Virus record (IMG/VR): IMGVR_UViG_3300040801_000524
Span: 9,742 to 73,741 of that record
Strand: one strand, 5' to 3'
DNA from: a virus
Length of the DNA stretch: 64,000 nt
The position numbers and the translations under genes are program-made. This document shows positions 1 through 9,019 of the stretch, piece by piece. Numbering within the stretch: position 1 is the stretch's first letter; each line of letters opens with the position of its first letter. Under the pieces are notes generated by a model that did no database searches, had not been told where the DNA came from, and saw nothing but the letters and a program-made list of their open reading frames with translations.

Positions 1-65
1 ACGACAGCGGTGAAGAAGATGGGGATGACATGGCCTACTTCCAAGGTCTCTTGGATGAAGACTGA
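1..65 (+). CDS. gp32: 3' end of ssDNA-binding protein (gp32-like), partial
   Basis: Frame from nt 3 reads DSGEEDGDDMAYFQGLLDED*. This acidic tail resembles the 'DDxxYFxxLxEE' C-terminus of T4-like gp32 and is followed by a terminator. Confidence 0.6.
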   Translation, partial: DSGEEDGDDMAYFQGLLDED

Positions 66-84
66 TAAATCCGCAACTTAGGAG

Positions 85-117
85 AAGGGGGACCCGGGAG
101 ACCGGGTTCCCTTTTTT
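85..117 (+). terminator. Rho-independent terminator
   Basis: GC-rich stem ggggacccgg / GAGA tetraloop / ccgggttccc followed by T6. Confidence 0.85.
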
Positions 118-123
118 GGTGAT

Positions 124-312
124 ATGAGCAACAAAAAACTATACTCTTTCCGATTCGACACTGGTCTGATAGAACAGATTGACGAAATCGCTGTAGACAA
201 CTACACCAATCGAACCGAGTACCTTACCCGGCTGATGGTGAAGGACCTACAAGAACGTCAGTTACGCCAGACCGTGGGTAATGAATCGGTCGGTCACTCG
301 CTGCAAGGTTGA
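124..312 (+). CDS. Ribbon-helix-helix (Arc/CopG-like) DNA-binding protein
   Basis: KKLYSFRFD beta strand followed by LIEQIDEIA and NRTEYLTRLM helices. SD is weak; 3' end overlaps the tape-measure gene. Confidence 0.6.
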   Translation: MSNKKLYSFRFDTGLIEQIDEIAVDNYTNRTEYLTRLMVKDLQERQLRQTVGNESVGHSLQG

Positions 313-3117
313 GTCTCCATTTCTGGCTGACTTCTGACCACCACCGGTTGAACGACCAGTGCTTGCTGACTGTTGTGCCAATGAATGACTTTTCTGCGGT
401 GGTAGCTGGACCGGTGCCTGTGGCTTGTTGGCCATAGCTTTGGCATCATTGTACCCAACAATAGAACGTTCCAACGCTGCCGTTTGAATCTTGCCCGGGG
501 TTTCATCCGGACTTTCCAACTTGGCCGCACGCATCGCTTCACGAATTTCATCACTGGATGTTCCTGTGGCCTGTCCATAAGCAGATCGACCACTTCGTGG
601 GTCTGCAACAGATGCCCACTCACGTGACAATTCACGCTGGAACTGTGCTTCCGACATCTCCCCACGTTGGAACTTGGCAAGACCACGTTTCATCAACAGG
701 GAATCACCGATCTGTTCCTGAAGGGTGGAATCGAACAACGCATCATCCGAGAACCCAAGTTTCTTCTGTTGTTCAGCAAGGGTTCCCTGAGTAACCTGAT
801 ACTTACCTACCGCACCCGTACCCATGCGTGTGCCCGGGATGGTTCCCTTGGTGGCTGCAATCTGTTTCTTTTGGAATGCCTTGACTTCGGCCACGGTCAT
901 CTGTGACAATGGCTTGTCTGGCATTGCGTACTGACCATATCCGTAGGGAACATCGTACCCGGATTCAAAACCATGTTTGCGTGCCTTCGCATCGCTGGTA
1001 CCTTCACCTTCGGCAATCTCATTGCGCAGACGATCAAATCCAGACCCGGTTAGAACACCGGCATTGTCTTTTGCCTGATCGACAGTCGGTCCACCCATGG
1101 TACCACGGCCAGCCGGTTTCCCACCCGATTCTTCCGTCCACGGCTTTCCAGCCGCATCTGTAAGGATGTCACCAGTGTAATTCTCACCTTCGTAGATCGG
1201 GGCACCGGTATCAGTGTATGCAACCGGCTTCGCTTCATCTGACCAGAAGTCATACCATGCCGGACCTTCCCGAGCTTCCTTGTTCACATTGGAGATTCGC
1301 TTGTCAACACCGGCCATTGCCTGTTCCTGTTCCTTCTTCACGTCATCCTTGGTAATGTCACGTGCCAGAAGGGCCGCATCGATACCAGCGGACACGGCTG
1401 TACCCGCACCCGGGACAAGGGATACCGCACCGGATGCAAGTTCCGCACCGGCACCGGCATAATCACCCTCAAGCAAACGGGAAATAGCGAATGCGCCACC
1501 GGCCAACAGACCAATGACTGGAATCTTCTTCAACAGGGACTTGCCGATACCTTTACCAGCCGACTTGGTAGCAGACTTGGCAACACCACCGGTTGCTTTC
1601 GCTGCCGCTTCTGTAGCTGCCGGGGCAACCTTTTCCTGTAGCTTGGTGAAGCTGCCAGTCAACTTGTCACCCATCTTGGACATGCCAACCATACCAGCAA
1701 GACCGGCCGCACCGGTTACAGCCGGTTTGGCAAACTTCAGAAGGGCCGAAGCTGGCTTCTTGAACTTCCCGGCCATCTTCCCAAGAATACCGGCACCAGC
1801 GGCCCCGGCAACACCACCGACCACTTCATCAAACATGCCACCATCACCACCCCCACCAAATCCACCGGCTTTGCCGATCTTGGTGAAGGACTTGTCCATT
1901 TTCTCAAGGTGGCCGATCATGGTGTCGAACTTCTCAAGGACTTCTTCTTGCCACTGGACACGTTCAGCATGACGTTCATCATCTTCACGTTCATCATCAC
2001 GGCCACGGATTCTCTCAAAGTTCTCCATGGTCTTGGATTCGAGATCGTCCACACGTGAACTTGGATCGATGGCTTCCTCAAGGACTTCGGCCGAACGTCT
2101 CATGCTGGCCATGGCTTCTTGACGTTGTTCTTCCATCTCGGCATCATGATCACGAACGAATGATGCTGACGCACCACCGGTTACACCGAAGATGTCTGCC
2201 AGATCATCGGCCGACAGCGGGGCATCACCGGTATCCGAGTATTCGTCTTCAGGGAATGCGAACCCACCGGCAAACGCTTCGGCAATACCAGCCTGAATGC
2301 CTTCTTGGAGACCTTCTTGGAATGCTTCTTGCATCTCTTCGCTGTCGAAACTCTGGGCCGCTTCCATGTTGGCCTTGTCAATTTCTTCTTGACGTTTGGC
2401 AGCAAGGTCCTGATCCTTCTTTCGATCTTCTTCGATGACCTTGGCGTAGTTCTGTCTGCGAAGGTCTTCCGCAACCATCTTGCGTTCCATTTGCTTACGG
2501 CCACGATACGAACGGACGGCATCGGCACCGACCTTAAACAGACCCATGGCAATCGGGTTGTTGTCAAAGAAGCCCGCTGCCAGTGATTGGATGTCAAGGT
2601 ACTGTTCGGTCAGTTCCCCCATCTTGTTCATACCACGGGTCAGAAGGTTGGAACGCTTCTCATGTTCACGTTGCATGAACTTCAAGGACTTGCCATACTG
2701 TTCCAGAAGGAAATCACGTTCCTGAAGTTCATCATCGTTGATGATCTGTTCAGTCAACGCTTGCATTCTGGTGATGTTGGCCTTCAATTCATCCCGGGTC
2801 ATTCGGTGCACATCCGAGACCACATCTTTCAGGGAATCCACGTAGAGTTTGGTGACTTCGTTTGACTCAAAGGGATTTTGGACATCCCGGGTGTCGGTTT
2901 GTCCACGGATGTAGGCCGCTTCTTGCTGCGCTTCCAGATCGGCAATGCGATTGCTGATCTTTCGTTCGATCTTGTGAACAGCCTTGGTGACATCGAACGC
3001 ATCGTCTTTCATCTGTCGATTGATCGAATCCAACAGACGATTTGTCTCTTTTGCGGTCGCTTTATCACGAATCGCATCAACGATTTGTCCGAATCCACCT
3101 TTGTTGTCTATTGGCAT
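262..3117 (-). CDS. gp29: Tape-measure / baseplate hub protein (gp29-like) with C-terminal lysozyme-like domain
   Basis: 951 aa, helical N-half, Gly/Ala-rich hydrophobic segment (KKIPVIGLLAGG..LVPGAGT). C-terminal IAEGEG..GYD..KPLSQMTVAEV..AVGKYQ..TL..FD..LQ..LSREWAS resembles lambda-R/GH104-like lytic transglycosylases. Lies downstream of gp26/gp51. Confidence 0.7.
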   Translation of the reverse strand: MPIDNKGGFGQIVDAIRDKATAKETNRLLDSINRQMKDDAFDVTKAVHKIERKISNRIADLEAQQEAAYIRGQTDTRDVQNPFESNEVTKLYVDSLKDVVSDVHRMTRDELKANITRMQALTEQIINDDELQERDFLLEQYGKSLKFMQREHEKRSNLLTRGMNKMGELTEQYLDIQSLAAGFFDNNPIAMGLFKVGADAVRSYRGRKQMERKMVAEDLRRQNYAKVIEEDRKKDQDLAAKRQEEIDKANMEAAQSFDSEEMQEAFQEGLQEGIQAGIAEAFAGGFAFPEDEYSDTGDAPLSADDLADIFGVTGGASASFVRDHDAEMEEQRQEAMASMRRSAEVLEEAIDPSSRVDDLESKTMENFERIRGRDDEREDDERHAERVQWQEEVLEKFDTMIGHLEKMDKSFTKIGKAGGFGGGGDGGMFDEVVGGVAGAAGAGILGKMAGKFKKPASALLKFAKPAVTGAAGLAGMVGMSKMGDKLTGSFTKLQEKVAPAATEAAAKATGGVAKSATKSAGKGIGKSLLKKIPVIGLLAGGAFAISRLLEGDYAGAGAELASGAVSLVPGAGTAVSAGIDAALLARDITKDDVKKEQEQAMAGVDKRISNVNKEAREGPAWYDFWSDEAKPVAYTDTGAPIYEGENYTGDILTDAAGKPWTEESGGKPAGRGTMGGPTVDQAKDNAGVLTGSGFDRLRNEIAEGEGTSDAKARKHGFESGYDVPYGYGQYAMPDKPLSQMTVAEVKAFQKKQIAATKGTIPGTRMGTGAVGKYQVTQGTLAEQQKKLGFSDDALFDSTLQEQIGDSLLMKRGLAKFQRGEMSEAQFQRELSREWASVADPRSGRSAYGQATGTSSDEIREAMRAAKLESPDETPGKIQTAALERSIVGYNDAKAMANKPQAPVQLPPQKSHSLAQQSASTGRSTGGGQKSARNGDSTLQRVTDRFITHGLA

Positions 3118-3118
3118 T

Positions 3119-3295
3119 TTACTGGCCTTTGTTCATCCGTTCTTGTTCTTTGTTCAGGTGATCTATCAACATGAGAGTGTAAATCTCACGTTCGAAGGGA
3201 ACCACCCCTTCCAAGTCTTCGAGTCGATAACCAAAATTGTGCATCATCAAGAAGTTGGTCCGATACAAGGACATCAACTCCCCATCACCAAACAT
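3119..3295 (-). CDS. gp51: Small baseplate hub assembly protein / tail chaperone (gp51-like); not in the supplied ORF track
   Basis: 58 aa MFGDGELMSLYRTNFLMMHNFGYRLEDLEGVVPFEREIYTLMLIDHLNKEQERMNKGQ. Matches the 'YxTNFxxM..HxY.L..LE...P.ERE.Y' family that follows gp26; ATG overlaps the gp26 TGA. Confidence 0.8.
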   Translation of the reverse strand: MFGDGELMSLYRTNFLMMHNFGYRLEDLEGVVPFEREIYTLMLIDHLNKEQERMNKGQ

Positions 3296-4038
3296 CACGC
3301 TAAAAAATCATTCAATCCGGTCAACGTGATCTTGTCTTCATTGCCACACTTCGGGCACTTCAGCGGCAACACCATTTCCAAACGGGGCATGGTGTCAATG
3401 AAGGTTTCGAGCTTCTTCAGGTTATCCTCATGAAGGTTGCCCAAAAACACTTCCAGTTCATCCGGGGTGAAATCCTTGCCCGGGGTGTGAACCCTGTCGG
3501 TGTCGAACACGTTCACGATACACGAAGAAATCACATCAAGCCCCTTCTCCAACAGGTTCTTGGCCGATTGGGTCTTGTACACCCCATACGGAAGATCACG
3601 CATGGTCACACCGATGTTGTCGGTCAACATGATCTTGTATTCATGCCCTTCCGGCCGGAAGACCTGAACATCGTTCAGCGGAATCTGAACCGGGATTTTG
3701 GTACCACACTTGGTTGCCATACCCACCGGCTTGTCTTCGCTGATTTCAGCGTTGCATCGGTAGAACATGTTCACCAGTTCCCCCGAGGACTTCGCCCGCA
3801 CGTTCAGCATGACGTATTCAACATCGTAGACCGGGCTGGAATCGATGTCGAAGGCATCAAAGGTACACTGTCGAATCACGTCTTCAACAGCGTTGTTCAA
3901 CTGCCCTTCATCCTTCATTTCGATTGCCTGAAGCATCAATTTCTGTTCACGTACCACGAACGGTCGATACTTCAGTTGTTTTCCCGTAGACGGCACCGTC
4001 AAGGTGTACTTCGGGGTTTCAATTGTTGGTAGACTCAT
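3295..4038 (-). CDS. gp26: Baseplate hub assembly chaperone (gp26-like)
   Basis: MSLPTIETPKYTLTVPSTGKQLKYRPFVVREQKLML..RAKSSGE..CPKCG..GLNDF, typical of the T4 baseplate protein family. Confidence 0.85.
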   Translation of the reverse strand: MSLPTIETPKYTLTVPSTGKQLKYRPFVVREQKLMLQAIEMKDEGQLNNAVEDVIRQCTFDAFDIDSSPVYDVEYVMLNVRAKSSGELVNMFYRCNAEISEDKPVGMATKCGTKIPVQIPLNDVQVFRPEGHEYKIMLTDNIGVTMRDLPYGVYKTQSAKNLLEKGLDVISSCIVNVFDTDRVHTPGKDFTPDELEVFLGNLHEDNLKKLETFIDTMPRLEMVLPLKCPKCGNEDKITLTGLNDFLA

Positions 4039-4055
4039 GTTATTTCACTCCAAAA

Positions 4056-4643
4056 TCAAAAGGCTATGTTTCTCCATCGTCTGTAGGCTAAACTCACGGT
4101 TACCGAAACGAATTCGTTTTGGCTACCATAGGAATAGTCCACCGCACCGATATTTATGGGGTATGCTTCATCCAGTTTCACCCCGTACATGATGTTGTTG
4201 TTCTTGTCCAATTGATACATTTCCACGGTGGAGATGTACTCATTGTAGAAGTTCAAACTGTTCATCCCCACGTTCATGACGGTCTCTTGCCAGATTTCGA
4301 AGAACTTGCGTTCACGAAGGTCTTCAGATGCCACGAAGGTGAATGACACTTCATCGTACATGGCTGAGTACGGAAGTTTGTACGGAACCCCGGTGTGACG
4401 GGTTTCGACCGTCATCAAAGACCGTGGTGGGAATGACATGTTGATGCATCTCATTGACAATTGAGGACCGTTGTTGTACTCATTGTTCACCCGGCCGATT
4501 TCCCCGGCCAAGCTGGATTGGTTCAAGGCACCCCAGTTGTCCCCCTGAATACCCGATGGCATGCTGAATGTCACCCAATAGCGGTTGGGTGAGGCAACCC
4601 CCTGTCTCCCCAACTTGTTGATGAATTCGTTCATTGAGATCAC
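4056..4643 (-). CDS. gp54: Baseplate tail-tube initiator (gp54-like, tube fold)
   Basis: ASPNRYWVTF..C...SFP..KLPYSAMYDEVSFTF..FFEIWQ..YQLD..EAYPINIG..V.LAYR.W, a gp19/gp54 family pattern. Confidence 0.7.
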   Translation of the reverse strand: MISMNEFINKLGRQGVASPNRYWVTFSMPSGIQGDNWGALNQSSLAGEIGRVNNEYNNGPQLSMRCINMSFPPRSLMTVETRHTGVPYKLPYSAMYDEVSFTFVASEDLRERKFFEIWQETVMNVGMNSLNFYNEYISTVEMYQLDKNNNIMYGVKLDEAYPINIGAVDYSYGSQNEFVSVTVSLAYRRWRNIAF

Positions 4644-4657
4644 TGTCTTTTCTCCGG

Positions 4658-5500
4658 TTAGCTTCTACTATCTGCCCACACTTCACGCTTGTTGGCCTTA
4701 CGGAACTGTTCGACCGGCAAGAATGCGGCATTCTCCCATTCGTCAGAGAGAACTTCAGCGAACGGTGATCTGACGTGGGAATACAGATACCGCTTGATGG
4801 TTGGTTCAAAAACCGGGGTACCGGCCAACCCTTTCAAAATACCGTAGGATACGGCCATGTACTTCTCTTTCTTCCCGTTCACGGTATGGGAATGTTCGAG
4901 GCTGAACAGATGGTCCAGCAACTTGGCACGCATGATGTACGGCAGATAGTGAAGGTTCATCCCGAGGAACCCATCGTTGTAGTATTCGATGGGGATCACC
5001 AACGGGAATACGTCATAGTAAGGAAGGATTTTCTTCCACTTCGGATCATAGATGTAGAAGTACATGTGCCCGATCATCGGACGATTGGTGTTCCGAAGGT
5101 TGCGCTTGAATTCGGCATCCATGGTGGTGTTCGACTTCAACGCTTTGTTGATCTGTGCACGTCTGTTGGAAACCCGAACGTCTGGATCGTTCTGAGACAC
5201 CCCAGATCGTTGCGCACGCTGTCCTACTCTGACTTCCTGTTCAGGCGTGCGTGCCCGTGCGGGAGTGGGTCTTGGGGCCGTTTTGGATTCCTTGGCACGC
5301 TGTTGTGCCATGGCTGCCTGTTGTGCTTCGAGTTCTTTCTTGTTGAAAGCCCCGGCTGTGCGCACACGCTTGCCCCCGAAGGCATCTGTGACCCTACCCT
5401 TGAACCAGTCCATGGACGACTGGGTGGCCTTCTTCAAGGCTTGACCAGTCATCTTCTTGAACTTGTTCTGGATTACGGGGAAAATTCGAAATAGTGGCAT
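4658..5500 (-). CDS. gp2: DNA end protector protein
   Basis: GHMYFYIYDPKWKKILPYYDVFPLV..GFLGMNLHYLP..IKRYLYSHVRS..W..AAFLPVEQF. Confidence 0.9.
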   Translation of the reverse strand: MPLFRIFPVIQNKFKKMTGQALKKATQSSMDWFKGRVTDAFGGKRVRTAGAFNKKELEAQQAAMAQQRAKESKTAPRPTPARARTPEQEVRVGQRAQRSGVSQNDPDVRVSNRRAQINKALKSNTTMDAEFKRNLRNTNRPMIGHMYFYIYDPKWKKILPYYDVFPLVIPIEYYNDGFLGMNLHYLPYIMRAKLLDHLFSLEHSHTVNGKKEKYMAVSYGILKGLAGTPVFEPTIKRYLYSHVRSPFAEVLSDEWENAAFLPVEQFRKANKREVWADSRS

Positions 5501-5937
5501 TATCGATTCCCCTTTGACGCATTGTCTGGACCGGTAAGAACCTGAAGATTTTCATGCACATGAAGACCGCATACCCAATCGGATTGAAGTGGGTAGATGT
5601 GATCAACATGGTGCTGAACTCCGGTTGTTTCGGTCATTCGATCCCTTTCCTCATAGACAAGGATGCACTTTTTCTTGTCATACCAACTTGGTGTTGCCAA
5701 CTTTTTGGCTGCCCTTCTGTGTGCTTCATGTTCTGCATATTTGGCCTTGTTGATTCTCTTGTGGCTGGCTTTGAGGTCATTCCAGTGACTATTCCCAGAA
5801 TAATACTCTTTGTGGCAATCGACACAACGACCTGTTGACGTGTATCGTTCTGCCACATGACCATTCTTACACGGCTTTCCTGTAAAGTACCGAACATCAC
5901 CCCGATTCTTGGCATGGTATCTCTCAGAAATATTCAT
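5500..5937 (-). mobile_element. Free-standing HNH homing endonuclease
   Basis: YFTGKPCKNGH..C..C N-terminus and HHVDHIYPLQ..VCGLHVHENLQVL..N..K.N HNH motif; overlaps gp4 stop and gp2 start. Confidence 0.85.
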
Positions 5938-6407
5938 TGGGGTCTCTTCTTAATCCCAAGGTCATATTCATCTGCAACCACGAATTTCATGCCACGTTTG
6001 CGTGCGTACTCTCTGGCCGCATCCCATTTGTCTTGGTTGACTTGGTAAGTCATCATTTCTTTCAGGTACCTTGCCTTTGCCTTTCCGGTCATTCGTTTGG
6101 GTGGTTTCGGTAGATTCCGTTCCTTGTTTGGCTTCACTTCGATCATCAAGTTCTCCACGGTTCCATCCCGCTTTTTGATCTTGATGATGAAGTCAACGAA
6201 GTACCTACGCCACTTCTTGTTCACCTTCGAGTAGTAAGGTATCGGGTGCGGTTCAGATGCCCACTTCAAAATCGATGGGTCTGTGTCGCACCGGACCATG
6301 AGTTTCCTTTCCCATGATGACCTAAATACTATGTTGTTGACATCACCCACATATTTCTCTGGATTGGTGGGTGCGAAGAATCCTTGCAATGTTTTTGAAT
6401 TACTCAT
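5934..6407 (-). CDS. gp4: Head completion nuclease
   Basis: PTNPEKYVGDVNNIVFRSSWE..WASE..IPY..RRYFVDF..IEVKP..N..KW.AA. Confidence 0.92.
   Translation of the reverse strand: MSNSKTLQGFFAPTNPEKYVGDVNNIVFRSSWERKLMVRCDTDPSILKWASEPHPIPYYSKVNKKWRRYFVDFIIKIKKRDGTVENLMIEVKPNKERNLPKPPKRMTGKAKARYLKEMMTYQVNQDKWDAAREYARKRGMKFVVADEYDLGIKKRPQ
6321..6328 (+). promoter_or_regulatory. Late promoter CCTAAATA for the rightward baseplate operon (inside gp4, antisense)
   Basis: TAAATA core about 110 nt upstream of gp48. Confidence 0.5.
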
Positions 6408-6416
6408 ACATACAGT

Positions 6417-6424
6417 TATTTAGG
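6417..6424 (-). promoter_or_regulatory. Late promoter CCTAAATA for the leftward gp4 operon
   Basis: Reverse complement of tatttagg, 10 nt upstream of the gp4 ATG. Confidence 0.6.
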
Positions 6425-6435
6425 GCTGATTTCGA

Positions 6436-7236
6436 ATGGCAAAAGACCTACACTACCCAAGACAACTCGAAGATTCCTTGGTGGACTCATATTTCGATGA
6501 TTCCGCTGTGTCGGCTGTGAAGTTTTCTATCTTCGGCCGTCCGAATTCTCAGTCGGCCAATTTTGAACGTAACATCGTGTTATATATGCCAGAATCCCTA
6601 TCCAACCCGACCAACGTGTCATGGGATTCTCAGGCTTTCGGGGCCGGTGGTTCAAACGTGGTTGACGGGGCTGGACTGGGGAACATTGCATCGGATGTCA
6701 TGGACCAAGCGTCAGAGAACGTGCAAAGCTACCTGAAACTTCTTCAGGGTAAGCTGTCTGGTTCAACGGCCGCATCTGGGGAAGACCTTCGTGCACTGGC
6801 CACATCCAAGATCAGAAACCCGTATCTGAAGATGCTATTCCGTGGCCTGAACTTCAGAAACTTCGAGTACCTTTTCAAGTTCACACCGCACACCGAAGAA
6901 GAATCGGATCAGGTGTTCGAGATCATCCAAGAATTCAGACGGGCCGCACTTCCAGCAACATCCGGTGGAACCGAGGGGAAGCCCGATCCAAACGCATTCA
7001 AATTGGAGTACCCGAAAGAAGTCCAGATCGAATACCTGTATCAGGGTGACACCCACAAATGGCTGAACAAGTTCAAACGATGTGTCATCACCGATCTGAA
7101 CGTCAACTACACAGGTGCGGGCTTCTATGCATCCATGCGCAACGGGTTCCCGGCACAAACGGAACTGCGTCTGGTGTTCTCTGAAATCGAACTGGTGTAC
7201 AGAGAAGACGTATCAACAACAGGACCAAGCTACTGA
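6436..7236 (+). CDS. gp48: Baseplate tail-tube cap
   Basis: IVLYMP..NPYLKMLFRGLNFRNFEYLFKFTP..ES..I...FR..P..YP..K.CVIT...VNY..G.P....L.FSE. Confidence 0.88.
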   Translation: MAKDLHYPRQLEDSLVDSYFDDSAVSAVKFSIFGRPNSQSANFERNIVLYMPESLSNPTNVSWDSQAFGAGGSNVVDGAGLGNIASDVMDQASENVQSYLKLLQGKLSGSTAASGEDLRALATSKIRNPYLKMLFRGLNFRNFEYLFKFTPHTEEESDQVFEIIQEFRRAALPATSGGTEGKPDPNAFKLEYPKEVQIEYLYQGDTHKWLNKFKRCVITDLNVNYTGAGFYASMRNGFPAQTELRLVFSEIELVYREDVSTTGPSY

Positions 7237-7766
7237 TGTTCTTCAACAAATTCGACAAAGTTACGTATGGTGGGAAAGAAGCGACCAATATCATCAATTC
7301 GATTTTGGTCAAATACCACCCGGCAACAAACACAACTCAGTTCCTTTACCACACGGTCAAGGACGGTGAAACCCCCGAGGTATTGGCACACAAATACTAC
7401 GGGAACCCCTATTTCCACTGGATCATCATTCTGATGAACAACATCGTGGACCCAAACTACGATTGGCCGCTGGACCCCCAGAAGTTCAATGCCATGATGA
7501 CCAATCGCTATGGGTCCGGGAATGAAGACAAGGTACATCACTTCACAGACCAGAACGGAAAACGTCTGGACGAAGTGGCTGCCTTGGATGCACAAGAATA
7601 CTTCGACATCAACGGGAACTACCCCGTGAATGTTCTCCCTGTGTCCAACCGTGAGTACGAAATCGAGAAGAATGACGAAAAACGAGAAATCAAAATCCTA
7701 CGGTCCCGGTATCTGAATGAATTCGTGAACCAATTTGAAGACCTGATGTCAAGAGAGACCGCATAA
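7236..7766 (+). CDS. gp53: Baseplate wedge subunit (LysM-like)
   Basis: MFFNKF..V.DGETPEVLAHKYYG...HWII...N...P..DWP..VSN.EYE..N..KR.IKI. Confidence 0.92.
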   Translation: MFFNKFDKVTYGGKEATNIINSILVKYHPATNTTQFLYHTVKDGETPEVLAHKYYGNPYFHWIIILMNNIVDPNYDWPLDPQKFNAMMTNRYGSGNEDKVHHFTDQNGKRLDEVAALDAQEYFDINGNYPVNVLPVSNREYEIEKNDEKREIKILRSRYLNEFVNQFEDLMSRETA

Positions 7767-9004
7767 TGGCAAACCCCGTAATCTACCCCGGTGACCTGAA
7801 GTTCCATGAGGTTCGAATCAACGGAACCGATGTGACAGAGTTCACCGTTCTGACGTACATTTTCCAAGACATCTTCACCCCGTTTTGGTCTGCGCAAATC
7901 GGTCTTGCAGACTCACAGAACTTGGTGATGAACCTACCCATCACCCCGGGTTCAAAGGTGGAGATCGTCATCGAAACCGATGCACCGAAACCATGTACCG
8001 GCCGAAAGAAGTTCACCTTCTACGTGTACAAGGTCTCTGATCGTGAAATCGAGAAGCAAGAAACGTACACATACACCCTTCACTGTGTGACCAAAGAGTT
8101 CTTCGAGAACGAGAAGGCACGTATTCAGAAGGCTTTCAAGCGAATGGCACCCCAAGACATCGCTTCCGAAGCCGTTGGGTACATGGGTGGGGGTATGTCT
8201 AAAATGGACAACGATCCTACTAAGTACGATCTGATCGTACCGAACTGGTCCCCGGTGGCAACCGTTGAATGGTTGTCCAAGATTGCAAAGGTTCCCAACG
8301 GTGGGGCCGACTTCGTGTTCTACCAGTCGGACATAGGTTCCTTCAAATTCCGATCAATTGAAAAGATGTTCAAGGACCGTTCCGGGCTGGAACTGAGACA
8401 GGTGAACCCGAACATCCGTGAGGCAAACGGGAATGAGAACGAAAATGCGTTCGTCAACGTGGAGTCGTTTGAGTTCATCGTTCACCACGATGCTGTCCGC
8501 AACTTCCAGACCGGCTACTATGCGAACTCGGTTCTGACCCATGACATCGTGAACAAGACGGTGACCACAACACCGTTCCACTATGGTGACGACATCAAGG
8601 CCGATGCACAGAAAAAGCCGTTCAAAGGACCCCAGTTCGAGGGGGCAGAATTGTCCAATCTGTCATTCTACCCGAGACACCCGGGCATTATGGATGGTAT
8701 CACACCGGGTGACACACACACCGACTGGCTTGGAAGTCGAAAGACCAACCAGACAAAGCTGGAAGAGAACCGTTTGATCGTACAGGTGCCCGGGTTCGTG
8801 TGCGGGTGGGAATGGCTTGGGAAACAGTGCTACATCGAACTCCCTTCCCACCAAGACCTGAACGAAGACAAGATTTACGATGAATATTTCAAGGGTGACT
8901 ACCTGATCACTGCCATCAAGCACGTGGTGACCTTCGGGAAGTACCAGACTGTCATGGAACTTGCGAAAAAGAGACTCGAAAAACCATACCAAACAACATC
9001 ATAA
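7766..9004 (+). CDS. gp27: Baseplate central hub (gp27/GpD-like)
   Basis: 412 aa between gp53 and gp5; IFQDIF.P...I..D..NL..LPI, FVFYQ...FKF.SI, G.YLITAIKH motifs. Confidence 0.65.
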   Translation: MANPVIYPGDLKFHEVRINGTDVTEFTVLTYIFQDIFTPFWSAQIGLADSQNLVMNLPITPGSKVEIVIETDAPKPCTGRKKFTFYVYKVSDREIEKQETYTYTLHCVTKEFFENEKARIQKAFKRMAPQDIASEAVGYMGGGMSKMDNDPTKYDLIVPNWSPVATVEWLSKIAKVPNGGADFVFYQSDIGSFKFRSIEKMFKDRSGLELRQVNPNIREANGNENENAFVNVESFEFIVHHDAVRNFQTGYYANSVLTHDIVNKTVTTTPFHYGDDIKADAQKKPFKGPQFEGAELSNLSFYPRHPGIMDGITPGDTHTDWLGSRKTNQTKLEENRLIVQVPGFVCGWEWLGKQCYIELPSHQDLNEDKIYDEYFKGDYLITAIKHVVTFGKYQTVMELAKKRLEKPYQTTS

Positions 9005-9007
9005 ATA
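9000..9007 (+). promoter_or_regulatory. Late promoter CATAAATA
   Basis: Immediately upstream of the SD and ATG of the ORF at 9020. Confidence 0.6.
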
Positions 9008-9019
9008 ACAGGAAGAACC

